A stretch of 64,000 nucleotides of DNA from Blastocystis sp. Blastoise (Eukaryota; Protista; Bigyra: Opalinata). A model generated the notes under the pieces. The model had not been told where the DNA came from. It ran no database searches and saw nothing but the letters and a program-made list of their open reading frames with translations. The stretch is taken from positions 558,001 through 622,000 of the forward strand of contig JBBPEB010000005.1 of assembly GCA_039096225.1 (NCBI GenBank). The letters are read 5' to 3'. The translations under genes were made by a program, and so were the position numbers. Shown here piece by piece: positions 27,131-41,249 of this stretch; within the stretch, counting starts at the first letter, position 1; each line of letters opens with the position of its first letter.

Positions 27131-27732
27131 CAATCCGTGAAAGTCTTATTCAGCATCAGCTTAAATGAACTGCTGAAAGAAGTATATTTTTTAAATATTA
27201 GTATATGGATTATTTAATTATATATATGGCTATTTTTTATTTTATAATTATATTATATTTTTATATGTATATTATTATAGATTAGGAATGAAATGAGCAC
27301 AGATAATGGACCAATTGGTGATTCGTTTATTCTGGTATATGTTAATTTTATCTAATATTATTCATATAGGCTGAAGAGACTAGTTTGAAGAGCCTGTAAA
27401 CGTTAGAAATTCATATTGGAAGAAGTTCCATTTGTCAACATTTCTTCACTGGAAGTCTTGATCAAATATGTTTAAGTGGTATGTTATTTTATATATATTT
27501 ATCTATCTTATAATTATATAGTGAAGAGTTTGAATCAAAACAAAATGAATTACATTTTTCAGAAGATGTTGATATATTGGATGTTTTTTAAATTTATTCA
27601 ACCTTGTTATTGTCTTTTAAGTTTATAACTATATTATTTATAATGTATATTATCTACATATATATAGAAATGGTGAATGATTATCTATTTGAGTTCTTTT
27701 CTTTTCTTATTCAGCACCATCATTGAGTACTT

Positions 27733-27774
<42 letters not shown>

Positions 27775-28093
27775 TAATTATTATATCTTCTATAGATACA
27801 AGCAGAAAATAAATGATGATTATGTATCACAATTCTAAAAATAATATAAATCAGTTAAAAGTATATATTTATTTTATTTTATTTATTGTTAGCTAAATAT
27901 AATAATTTCTAATTGTTTAATATATGTATATTATATATGTATATATTATTTATTATCGTTTTTATTCTATTATATATATATATAATATTATTCTTCATTT
28001 ATTATTATATATAGATGAGATAATAATTAATTCGACTATCTCCTCATTATACACACATTGTATATATATATCTACATATATTCTAATAATTTT

Positions 28094-28141
<48 letters not shown>

Positions 28142-28453
28142 TTGATTATACTATATGAACACTATCTTCTTATCAATACAATTAATATTTATATATATTT
28201 TTATCAATATATGCATATTTCCTATTAACTTTTTTTATAATCTATTTAAAAATTTTGTATATAACATTTTATTACTATTATATATTCTCTATTTGTTCTT
28301 ATAATATATTATTTAATATGTTATATATATATATATATATAGTACTATCACATTTATTATATGTCTATTTCTCCTTAATCGATATTACTACATAATTTAT
28401 ATAATAAGATGTATATATATTCTTTTCTTTTCTGTTATTCTTTTTATTCTTTT

Positions 28454-28491
<38 letters not shown>

Positions 28492-30412
28492 ATTACTTTT
28501 TTTATTTATTCATTATTTATATATAAATAGTTATTGTGGTATACAAGATTAGTGGCTATTATGTATCTATATTATTCCGTATAAATTTTATTAACATATA
28601 CATATATTTATATTTATATATATATATATGTATAGTATTCTATTCTGAGTTATGTACATCATTTTTTATTATATATAAATAAGGTATATAGTTTTATATA
28701 TATTTTTATATTAAATTATAATCCCCTCTAGATAATTTATTTTATTGTTTTATAATTCATATAATTATTATTATTATTAATATTTATTATATATTCATCC
28801 TATATGTATAAATATATTTAATAACTATCACATTATATGTGTTTATTTATTTTTATTTAGTTTTATAAGTTATATATATATATATATATACTTAGAGATA
28901 TATATATATAAATTATTATTATGTATTATTTATTTTTATTATATTATTACCATAATATGTCTATTTGCTTACATATGTATATATAGTTGTTTTATTTCAT
29001 ATTCAAACGTTGCTTTAGTGAACAAATATATATATTTATATATGATATTATAGAATTATTTTGTATTCATTATATATATATATTATGCATTAATTTTTAC
29101 ATGTTTGTTATACTTAATATATATATATATATGTAATTATTTTATATCTATATATATACATATATATATATAGATATCATTGATATTAATATTCAAAGTA
29201 TATATATATAAACATATATAGACTTATATATAGTATTTTATATGTATTCATATTATAATATATTATGTATAGTTTAATAGTTATATGTAAGTCATCCTTT
29301 CATGTTTCTTATGAATTTATATAAATATATTCCTTTAATTCTGATTATGTATATATTATTATATATATCATCTTATTCTATATATATATATATTATGTAT
29401 TTTTTATTTAATATAAAAGATAATATTTTGTGTATTTAATATTTTATATCAATTATTCTTCTATTTAACTCTTTTATATCATTTATCTTTCTACAACTTT
29501 ATTATTTATTATCTTTTTTAAATACCATTTACCATATAGTTTATTATACATACATATAGTAATAGTCATAGCGCTTCTTTATGTATGTTTTATTCAATTA
29601 TGTTAGTATATGTATTGTGGTATATATGTATATTAATTGTCGTTTATTTATATATCGTTTTGTATTTAATTTAAAATAAAGATTAATAATTATTATGTAT
29701 ATACTCTTATATTTTATTATTTTTTATATTATATTTATATTATTTTTGTATATATAGGATTAATATATATATAACATAATTAATTGTGAGAAATTTATTT
29801 TTGGTAATATATTAAGTCTGCTCTCTTGTATATATATATATATATCTAATTCTTTACTATATGTTTTCCAACTTTATGTTTCTATTTTATGTATATATAT
29901 ATATATATATATACAATATGTTCTATTATTATGAGATATATAGTGTCTAATGAGATTTTAATATGGTCCATCTACAGAATATATATTTATATATATATTA
30001 ATTACTTTTATTCTTATAACTATTATGTTCTCATATTATATTTAAATATATATTTTTTTCAATTTCCTTTTTACTTTTTGAAATTTTTTTTTAAATATAT
30101 ATATATATATAACTTTCTACTGTTAATTAGTTCTTTTCTAATGTATATCTATATTTATTTATATTTATATATGTTATTCATATGTATGTTATTAAATGTA
30201 TCTATAGAATCTAAACTTCTAATTGAAACTACTATAAATAATAGTGATACAACTATTTGTATATATATATATTAATAATTTTTATAAAGCTTATTATATA
30301 GTATTTTATTAATATTTTAACCAAATTTATTTATATATTATTATTCATTTTCTTTATTCTCTAACTATTTATAGAACATATCCTTAGCTTGTCTCCTATG
30401 TATATATGGCTT

Positions 30413-30460
<48 letters not shown>

Positions 30461-30563
30461 TCTCTTTTTATATCTCTGATACATTATACTTATCACATAT
30501 TAATAGTTATCTTTTATTATAAGGTTTTTATTATATAGATTATTATTAATAGGTATAATGGAG

Positions 30564-30619
<56 letters not shown>

Positions 30620-30686
30620 TATAATTATATTTTGGGTTTTTGTCTGTTAAACATATATACATGGTTATATTCAAATAATTAATATT

Positions 30687-30754
30687 CCTTAGACTGAATA
30701 TGGTTAGTAGCAATCATTAATAGATTGTTATCAGGTTCAATTCCTGATCTAGGG
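30687..30754 (+). ncRNA. 68-nt tRNA-like cloverleaf, copy B (MULE-A)
   Basis: ccttaga|ctga-atatgg-ttag|ta|gcaatc-attaata-gattgt|ta|tcagg-ttcaatt-cctga|tctaggg; the differences from copy E are all G-U compatible. Confidence 0.85.
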
Positions 30755-32274
30755 TCATATATTATATTTTTTATAAAAATTTTCAATATTTTTCTCTATA
30801 GATATTTTCATTCATTATAGCCAGTATGAAAGGGTATATTGAGTTTCATGTAATTGAATAAACTCTATACATTGCTAGTCGCTTTTCTATAATGTTTTTA
30901 GTTTACTATATTCAACACACAACACATTCACAATTGCATTCACTTAGAATACCATATTCATTATTTTGTTTTGCTATATATCCTATTGATCAATTCTACA
31001 CACAAATAAAAAATAAATATTCATCAATAACACCTTGAAGTCTATAAACACGCAATGCATTCTTTGTTTATACTCTTAAAAAGCATTTAAATCATCTATA
31101 TTAATATGATTGACACTAAAAGTCATTTGTAACATTTCTAAACTACTTTTAAAACTGTTGAAGAACCTTGACAAATCTACATTACCTCGAAAACTATTAT
31201 AATCAACTTTGGCTTATACGAGTCATAATTAAATTTAAATTATTAACAGAATGTCAGAATAAAGGCATTCTAACTCAACATATCACCAAGAAAAATCAAT
31301 TGTGTTTGTAACTTCTCTAAAATTGAATTAATTAGTGAAATACGTATTCAAACTAATGTTGAATTTAAATTCAAACACACACAAACTCACCTTTTCTGAC
31401 AGTTCTACACATTTAGGCAATCTAGTGACTATCACATAATCGACTAATTTTTGTTGTCTTCATCAAGTCTAACTATTTCCTCATGACCATAACCATTAAT
31501 TTCATTTTATGTAACACTCTATAAATAATTAATCAATTAACTATTTTTATTTACATAAATACATACTCCATCAACAACAAGAAGACATCATGAGTAAGAA
31601 TAACGGTTTAAACTATTTAAATAAAATAATAAATAATAAAAAGTAGAAATATTAAGATTTCAATAAAATTTAATAAGTTAATTTATAGTGAAGTTTCAAT
31701 AATCATATAAAAAATATGATTAATTTCGTTTTTGTACGTTCTAAGCATATATCTATTTATATATAGGCCCTAGGAGTATAGTAGAGTACCTTGCGGTCTC
31801 CATTGGCAGATTGATCTGTTGTGCTATGTTCTCTTTCTCTATGGTGAGCTTGTCTGAGTGGTGTAAAGTGGTTGAGCTAGATGATCTGCTATTGTATTGT
31901 GGTTTAAATTGGATGATCTGACGTCACCATACAAAACTATTTCTTTAGGCTTTCTCACTGAGTAGCAATTGGTCGGTTATATTAACTGAGCGTGGCTTGA
32001 TACTTTCAAAAAAAAAATTACTTAATTGGATAAATAGATTGGTCTTAAATTACAGAGAAGGATGGATCTCTTCACTTAATCACTACCTATACAACTCAAA
32101 TGCTTATAATTAGAGTTAGTTTGTATTAGTCATATTCAGATTCTAGATGTATATATTTTCTGTATTTATTTTCTTTATAATTATAATTATAATATTATAT
32201 AGATATTTATATAGGTTATTATATAGTTATTAAGCCTAGTTCTTGTTCTTCTTGTCACTAACTTCTTGGTTTTT

Positions 32275-32317
<43 letters not shown>

Positions 32318-32439
32318 GACTTTTTTTATTTTGCTTATATATTATTATTTTCTTTATTATTAAGAATTACTTTTATTTTTCTTTATTATTAGTTTAATTC
32401 AATATATTTATAGACTTATTTATATTTTTTATTCTTTTT

Positions 32440-32526
<87 letters not shown>

Positions 32527-32539
32527 CAAAACTTTTATA

Positions 32540-33760
32540 TATTTGTTTTTCTTCATTCTTATTTTCTCCTCTTGTCCTGAATTGGCCTTGTTCTCCTCTT
32601 CTCTCTTCCATTCATCTACTCTTCTAGTTTTACTCATTTTTATTCTTATACTCTTATGTTACATAATACAGTTATTGTTTTTCTTAATATTACTTTATAG
32701 TATGTTTTATTTCATGTTCTTCTATTCTATATTCTAGTTTTTCCTTCACTTTCTTCTTTCCTCCATAATTATTACTGGCTCTTCTTCTCCTATCATTACA
32801 TACTCTCTTCATTTCCTTCTCTTTATCATGATCTTCTTCTTTTTCATTTCCTTCAACTCTTCCTTTTCCTATTCTTCTTCTTTATTTCCTTCTATATTAT
32901 TACTTCTTTTTCTCATCTTCTTCCAATTATACTTTCCTTATTTCTTATTCATTTTAATTATTCATCTACACATTATTTCTATTTTCCTTCTTCTTCTATA
33001 TATCCTTATTCTCTGTCCCTTTGTTCATTCCCTTCTCGTTCTTCTTCATCTATTTATCCTTCTTCTATTTATCCTTCTTCTATTTATTTTAATTCTGAAT
33101 CACCTTCTTTCTCTCTCCTTCTGTTTCTTCTTCTTCTATTTGATCTTATTTTTCTTCTTCTCTTCTTCTTCTCTTTCTATACATTCTTCTCTATATATTC
33201 TTTTTCTCTCTATCTCCTTCATCTGTATTTTCTCTTCTATTTATCCTTATTCTTATTCTACATTTTCTCCATATCATTCTCCTCCTATATCTTATGTACC
33301 TCCTTTATCTTCTTATTCTTCTTCTATGTCTTCTATTTATCATTCTTCACCTTTTTTCTTCTTCTATATATATATTCTACTTATTCTTCTCTATCCTCGT
33401 CTATATATCTTTCTTCTATATTTTCTGCATCTACTTCTTCTTCTATATCTTCTATTTATCATTATTTTCCAACATATTTTTCTATTGTACTTCTTCTTTT
33501 CTCTTCCTTCTCCTTCTTTTCTGTATCTTCTGTTTATCTTATTCTTCGTCTATATATCATTATTCTCCTTATTCTTCTTCTTTATATATATATTCTTCTT
33601 TTTCGATATATTCTTTTTTTTCTTTTCGCTCTTTTCCTTGTTCTCATTCTCAATCTCCTTGTTCTCCTTCTTCTTCTTCTTCTTCTTCTTCTTCTTCTTC
33701 TTCTTCTTCTTCTTCTTCTTCTTCTTCTTCTTCTTCTTCTTCTTCTTCTTCTTCTTCTTC

Positions 33761-33792
<32 letters not shown>

Positions 33793-34520
33793 CTTCTTCT
33801 TCTTCTTCTTCTTCTTCTTCTTCTTCTACTTCTTCTTCTCTTCTTCTTCTTCTCCTTCTCCTTCTACTTCTCCTTCTCCTTCTACTTCTCCTTCTACTTC
33901 TCTTTCTCTTTCTCTTTCTCTTTCTTCTTCTTCTTCTTCTTCTTCTTCTTCTTTCTCAATCTCATTTTTATTCTTATTACCTCATTCTTTTTCTTCTCAA
34001 TCTCCTTCTTTCTATGTTTTTCTGTTCAATCTTCATATTCTTCTTCCTATTTTTCTGCTTTCTAAATCTTCTACTCCTTTCCCTTCATATTATCGTCATT
34101 TTATCTAATCTCAATATTTTACTCTATTATAACATATAGTATCATTTGCAATTCATTCTTATATATATATATTTTATATTCCTACTCTATTTCTTTTGAA
34201 TAGTTATTTCTTTTCTTTTAGATGTCTCCACTCTATTGTACTTCCTATGTATACTCTCCTCATACTTTATTTTCCTTGACTATTCTTCTAATTTCTTTCT
34301 ACATCTTCTTTTCTAATTATTCTATTATATAGTACTTTTTATTGTCCTTCTTTTTTAATTCTTAAAATATTTTCTAGTATTATTTCATTTTCTTTTAATT
34401 CTTCTTTATATTTTTTTTTCTTACTCTATATCCTTTTAGTTAGCTTCATCCTCCTTTCTTCATTTTTTAATACTTAGTTTCTGTCTTTTATTGTTTTTTA
34501 TATTTGTCATATATAGACTT
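32540..34520 (+). repeat. Pyrimidine-rich (T/C) tract including a long (TTC)n run at about 33668-33838
   Basis: Read directly; loose inverted homologue at 41250-43250. Confidence 0.9.
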
Positions 34521-34792
34521 CTTTTTCATATTTAACTAATTTCTATCTATTAAATATATTATTATATTATATATTTTCTGTTTTTATTAATAAAAAGATT
34601 TATTTTTTTTTTATATTATTGATTACTATTTTAGTAATTTATATCTATTTACATGATTCTTATTCCTACATTAATTAATATTTAGTTGAATAATTTTTTC
34701 TTTATAAATATACATATATATCATATTAATATTCATTCATATATAATATATGCTTCTATATATATATATATATATATTAATACTGTTATAAC

Positions 34793-34859
34793 TCTTATGC
34801 TCTATAAGGTGAGAGGCTTTAATAATTACATGGCCATCAGGTTCAACTCCTGACATAAG

Positions 34860-34860
<1 letters not shown>
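34793..34860 (+). ncRNA. 68-nt tRNA-like cloverleaf, copy C (MULE-A; anticodon stem partly decayed)
   Basis: tcttatg|ctct-ataagg-tgag|ag|gcttta-ataatta-catggc|ca|tcagg-ttcaact-cctga|cataagc. Confidence 0.75.
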
Positions 34861-34951
<91 letters not shown>

Positions 34952-36118
34952 ATGTTTTATTTAATAAAAATCTGTTTAAAAGTTCTATTCACACTCATGA
35001 AAATCTGTATTATTTTTTTTATAGTTTTTCATGCTTTAAAAGCGAACAGTACCTGATATGAGTTGTAATCTGATGTATTCTCAATAGTGTAGGTTAATGA
35101 ATTTATGTTAGTTTTGAGTCAACTATAATATAAAAACTGAGAATAATCATTTCATTATCAAAATGAGCCAAATACAGAAAATTATTTAGCAATTATCAAG
35201 ATTTTAAACACTTAAGCTTGCTATTATAAGCTGATTTCTTGTCAGTATAATTAGCGTAGCTAATTAAACGCAATATATGTAAATTTGTAAATTTTTAACA
35301 ACATTTTACATTTCGACATTTACTTGACACAGAACAATATCTCCTCTCCTTTTGAGAAAATATAGACGAATGTCTGTAATATATGTAAAAGCCAATATTA
35401 TTTTGAATCTCACTCTATTAAATGAATTTTAGAAGAAATTCTAAGAATTAGGCCGTAAGCATGTACTTAACGGATTTCATATAAATATTTATATTAATCA
35501 CTTATAATGAAGTACTAATAACTGCATAATTACAAATATGTATTTAATTTCAGTATTCTCTTGGTCTTCAAAAGTTGTTATATGAGTTTAAATTTTTGTA
35601 TAGTGACTGATTTTGACAAGGTATAAAGGATGTTAAGAATAAAATCTTACAATAAAAGAAATATTTAAAAATATTCTCATTATAAATTCTAATATTGATT
35701 GAATTTCATTATTATTGTATATTTTGTAATAAACTATGCAGTCTATTGTTTCAAAAGTATATAATCTACCTTTTAACGGGCTATTGAAAAATCGAATGTA
35801 TAATTCTATTCTAAAAGATAAATTTATCTATTATACAGAATATATTGACATATTATGTTTCATTCAAATGGATATAAATCATTCATTTGTATTTAATAAA
35901 ATAAAAATAAAAAATGAAAAAATAAAAAATAAATTTTCATGAATAATAAAAAAAAGAAATGTAGAGCTTCAAAAGAATATAAGATAACAAATGATTGGAT
36001 AATAAATTCAGAACCTAACAGCACAAAGCGACATATTTATCACTTATGCAAAAATAAAAGACATACTTCTCAGAAGTAGACGTATTTAGGACATATTTAT
36101 CATTTTCTCATTTAAAAA

Positions 36119-39100
36119 AGATATTCGTAGATATAATAATTCAATAGCTTTTGCTTCTATGTCATGTACTGATACACAAACAAGATTAGATAATAATGGA
36201 ATATATTTCTATAAAGTACATGGAAATATATATCATTCTATGGCAGATTTATATCCTCCTGAAGGTATTACTCCTAATTATAATCAAATATATATTTATG
36301 ATCAAGAAGAAGCTTTTCAACTTCGATCAAATAATCAATATTATGATAATTTGAATACAGAAATAATGAGAATATTACATAATTCATTATTAAATAATGA
36401 ATTAATGAATGCTTTTAAGACATTACATGAAGAAGTAACTACTGCTACAACTAATAATAATAATCTTCATATATCACAAGTAGATGTTTCATTAAAATTC
36501 AAAACATTACATTCAGATGATCAAAGAAGATATAATACTCCTTCTGCTTCTCATGAAATAGCACTTATAGTTCCTATTAATTCTATGGAAACATTTCCTC
36601 ATACTGAATTTAGATGTTATCCAAGAATTCATCTTAATAATAATAATACAAATCATAATATGAATGAAGAAATAAGACAACATTTTACAAGAATGAAATA
36701 TGATAATCCATTTTGTGATCCTATGGTTTATCCTATATTTTATCCAACAGGAATTCCATTATTTATTCTTGCATCTAAAAGTGAATTAAGAAGAAATCCT
36801 AATTATATTCCAAGAAGAAATAATAATATAGAAATAAATTCTCAAATCAATTCAAATACAATAGAAAATACTAATATTCAAGTAGAACAAATAGAAAGAG
36901 AATCTAATAGAAATAGTAGATATAATAATAGAAATCAATTATTAGATAATGAAGAAGATGAAATAGATAATGAGGATAGAGAGTCTTCAAGACAAACTCA
37001 TGATGATTTTTCAAAATCAATTACTTTATTAGCTAATTATCAACAATTTAATAATGAAGGATATCCTATAGATTTAATAGGAAATCCTATATATGAGAAA
37101 TTATCTTTTACTTTAAAAGACTTTTATTCTTTTCTTTGTTTTCCTAGATCATTTCCTAATAAGAATTATTTCTTATCAGGAGGAAAATTATTCTTACAAT
37201 ATATTGTAGATGCTTATTCTAAAATAGAAGAACAACGATTATCATTTATAGAAATGAATCAATCAAAATTAAGAGCAGAATCTTATAATGTATTACGACA
37301 ATACAATCAGAGAAGAAGAGAACAAGTAATAGATGAAGAAGTAACAAATGGAATAGGAAAACCTATTATATTAAATAGTGGTTTTGTAGGAGGACCTAGA
37401 TATATGAAAGGAGCTTATTTAGATGCAATGACAATAGTAAGATATTATGGTAAACCAGATTATTTTATTACTTTTACATGTAATCCAAAATGGAAAGAAA
37501 TAGTAGAAAATTTATATCCTAATCAAGAAGCATGGGAAAGACCTGATTTGGTTTGTAGAGTATTTGCAATTAAATTGAAATATTTATATCATTTATTAAA
37601 AGATGAGAATGTATTTGGTAAAGCACAAGCTATTACTTATACTGTTGAATTTCAAAAGAGAGGATTACCTCATGCTCATATCTTATTGAATGTTGAACAA
37701 CAAGATAAAATACATGATACTAATGAACTTGATTCTATTATATGTGCTTATCTTCCTGATGAAGAAAAGAATCCTAGATTATTTAAAATAGTAAGTACAA
37801 TGAATATACATGGTCCTCATGTTTCAAATTCTCCATGTTTAGATTCTCATGGAATATGTAAGAAAGGATTTCCTAAACCATTTCAAGAATGTACTACAAT
37901 TCCTAATGATTCTTATCCTTTATACTTTAGACCAAATGATGGAAGAAAAGTAGTATTTCATCGTACTAATGGTGATTTAGAAGCTACTAATGAATATGTT
38001 GTTCCATATAATCCATATTTATCACTCAAATTAGAAGCACATATTAATGTTGAAGCAGTTTATAGTTTACATACAGTAAAGTATCTATATAAATATACAA
38101 CAAAAGGTCATGATTCAATGAGAGCAGAATTATCAGCTTCTTCAAATGAAACAAATAATAATGAAGTTAAACAATATTTAGATGCAAGATATATATCATC
38201 AACTGAAGCAGTTTGGAGAATATTAGGATTTCCTATAGTACAATCAAATATAGCTGTTCAAATATTATTGATTCATGATGAGAATGATAAGAATATAGTA
38301 TATACAGATGGTTCAGAAGAACAAGCAGAAGAAATACAAGGAAATAAATTATCTATGTTAGAAGCATATTTCAAAGAAAATGATGATTTAAATAATCATT
38401 TATATGTTCCTACTTTAGAAGAACCAGAGTTTATGACATATGATATGTTTCCTCAATATTATACATGGTGTAAAGGAGAACATATATGGAAACCAAGACA
38501 AAAGAATTCGAAGACACTTGGAAGAATACCTTATATAAATCCAACTAATAAAGAAGCATTTTGTTTAAAATTATTATTAACTCATGTAAATAGACCAACA
38601 AGTTTTGAATCATTAAGAATGTATGATCGAGAATTACCTTATCCAACTTATGAAGGAGTATGTATAGCAAGAGGATTATTAGATGATACTAATGAATATA
38701 GACATATATTAGATGAAGTAATGCATGATTGTCATCCTTCTCAATTACGATTAGTATTTGCTTTATTATTTGTATATTATAATATTACTGATAAAGCAAT
38801 GGATTTATGGAATGAATTTAAATATGAAATGATTTCTGATATATATTATCAATATACAATAGATCATTTTACTATAAATGAACGTATTAATCATTCTCTT
38901 TCAACTGATCCTGATATTATTGATCAAGATCCTATTGTAATCAATTATTGTTATCCAAGAGCTTTATATAATATCAAAACATTAATAGAATCAAATGGAG
39001 GTAAATATACTAATATGCCTACTATTCAATATACTTCACATTTTAATCCTAATAGTGGTGTTTCTACATTAGAATTTTATGATTTTGATGTTGCACATAG

Positions 39101-39584
39101 AGAAGCAGAAAGAAATTATCAAATGTTAAATAGAGAACAAAAAGAAATATTTGATAGAATTATGGTATCTGTTAATAATACTCAACCTCATAATAATAAT
39201 ATGTTCTTTATTGATGGTCCTGGTGGAACTGGAAAAACATTCTTATATAATACTTTGATTAAGATGATTCGTACAAGAGAAAAACCTGTATTAGCTGTTG
39301 CATTCACAGGAATAGCAGCTACTTTATTATCAGGAGGAAGTACTTCTCATTCTGTATTTGGATTACCTCTTGATCTAAATGAAATGTCTATTTCACATAT
39401 AACAAGAAGTAGTGCAAAAGCAAATGATTTAAGAAAATGTGCTATTATTATTTGGGATGAAGCACCTATGGCTTCTATTTATGCTTTAGAAGTTCTTGAT
39501 AATTTATTACATGATTTATTTAGTTCAATAGATTCTGAAGATCCATGTCTTCAATATCCTTTTGTTGGTAAAACTATTGTTTTA
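36119..39584 (+). pseudogene. Helitron-2 RepHel, part 2 (HUH Rep domain and helicase motifs I-II)
   Basis: PDYFITFTCNP, VEFQKRGLPHAHIL, KYLYKY, GPGGTGKT, IIWDEAPM. Ends GKTIVL at the MULE-B TSD. Confidence 0.93.
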
Positions 39585-39670
39585 GGAAAAATGTTAGAAA
39601 TACCCAGATTTCCCTATTGATTTGTATACATACCCAATTTTTTGTATGATTTGTTAGAAATACCCAAAAA
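39585..39670 (+). repeat. MULE-B left TIR, TGTTAGAAATACCC motif at 30-bp period
   Basis: TACCC at 39601, 39631 and 39661. Confidence 0.9.
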
Positions 39671-40889
39671 TTTCTGTTAACATTTTGATTTCGTTGTCCA
39701 ATCGTATTAATTTATATAATAACCGTGTTTATTAGATGTATTTCAAGAATTTAAATTAATAAAAAATGAAAAGAATAATTCATATTATGACGTTAGGATT
39801 TGACTATTTGATCCAATCAATCGATTTTTAAGTTTCTATTAGAAGTTCGTCTATTGTACTATATAATTCTAAGAATTTGCTTTTTGGCAATTTTATCTAT
39901 TTTTATTTATTTATATTCATTCCTTATTTTAATCAATATATACATTTATTTTGTTATATAACTTTTATTTATACTATTAATTCAATAAAATAACTTAATA
40001 GACAAGGATCATAATATAATTGTCTGTAATTGTTTTAAAAAATAAGATTAACAGACAAATAAACCATAAATAGCTATGAAATAAATCTGATTAAAAAGAG
40101 TAACCTAAAATTACGTTATATAACATACTTTTAATTTACTTACAAATAAACTAATTCAGCCAATACTTTATATAAGAGCTATGTTTTTATATGGTATAAG
40201 TTTATAAATCTTATAAATATGATTTTAGTAAATAGAACTTATTTTTTGATAATTAACAGATTTCTTGACTCTTTTAATTTTCATATATATTATTACAGTG
40301 TCATGAAAATATTGTATAAGGACAAATACATAAATATTAATCTTAAATAACTGTTTTAAGAGTATGAACTGTGAATTGATTAAGAAAAATATTTAATAGA
40401 TGACGAGATTCAAGTTAAAACGTTTTGTTTGGTATATGGTATTCGTTTTTCTTTACTATATCAAAAGGACAAATAGTTTTATAATGGATCAAGTAAAATG
40501 TCGAAATGGAAAAATGTTGTTTAAAAATCATGAATACGTATGTATTGTACTTAGTTGTTTGTATTGAGTATACTGACCAGAATTCAGTTAAAAATAATAA
40601 ACTACAGTCGTTAAAGTATTAATGATTGCTGAATATACTCTGTATTTGAGTATATTTTGAAAATAAAAAATGAATCTAAGTTTTAAAACTGTATTTAACT
40701 CAATTCAAACATATTTTGAATAAGCTACACTTTTGAGAATAAAACAGATTACAACTCATTTCAGAAACTATGAAGTTTTGAAGGATGAAGAGCTATAAAT
40801 AATTTAATAAATACATTAATAAGTGTAAAAAGAACATATAATTAAAACGTTTATTAAATAAAAAAAAATATATATATATATATAGAATG

Positions 40890-40957
40890 ACTTATGTCAG
40901 GAGTTGAACCTGATTGTTATCGAATTATGATAGCCTCTCACCTTATAGAGCATAAGA
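40890..40957 (-). ncRNA. 68-nt tRNA-like cloverleaf, copy D (MULE-B; positional orthologue of C)
   Basis: tcttatg|ctct-ataagg-tgag|ag|gctatc-ataattc-gataac|aa|tcagg-ttcaact-cctga|cataagt. Confidence 0.8.
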
Positions 40958-41090
40958 GTAATAATAAATAATAATAAAATACAATATTTAATATATATAT
41001 CTAAAAAAGATGAATCAATAATATAGATATATAAATATATACTTATCTCTTTCATATATATTTATCAAATAGAATACATATTACTGTTGC

Positions 41091-41134
<44 letters not shown>

Positions 41135-41249
41135 GAAAAAATTATTTTAATATATAAATTAAATATATAAACAAGAAACATATAAAATAATAAGTATAAA
41201 TAAGAAATAAAAAGGATAAAATCTTTTTATTAATAAAAATAAATACTAT

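Larger units (their letters stand above)
8824..36109 (+). mobile_element. MULE-A: giant (27,286 bp) non-autonomous Mutator-like element
   Basis: 9-bp TSD ATTTAAAAA at 8815-8823 and 36110-36118. Imperfect TIRs GAGgttcTGATAAAagTGTC / GAGaaaaTGATAAAtaTGTC. Removal restores KQFKKDIRRYNNSIAFASM. Carries a remnant MULE transposase exon. Confidence 0.92.

Noticed and set aside
35736-35942. 68-aa ORF near the MULE-A right end (likewise 11474-11680)
   Set aside because: No motif, no counterpart in MULE-B, and length compatible with chance.
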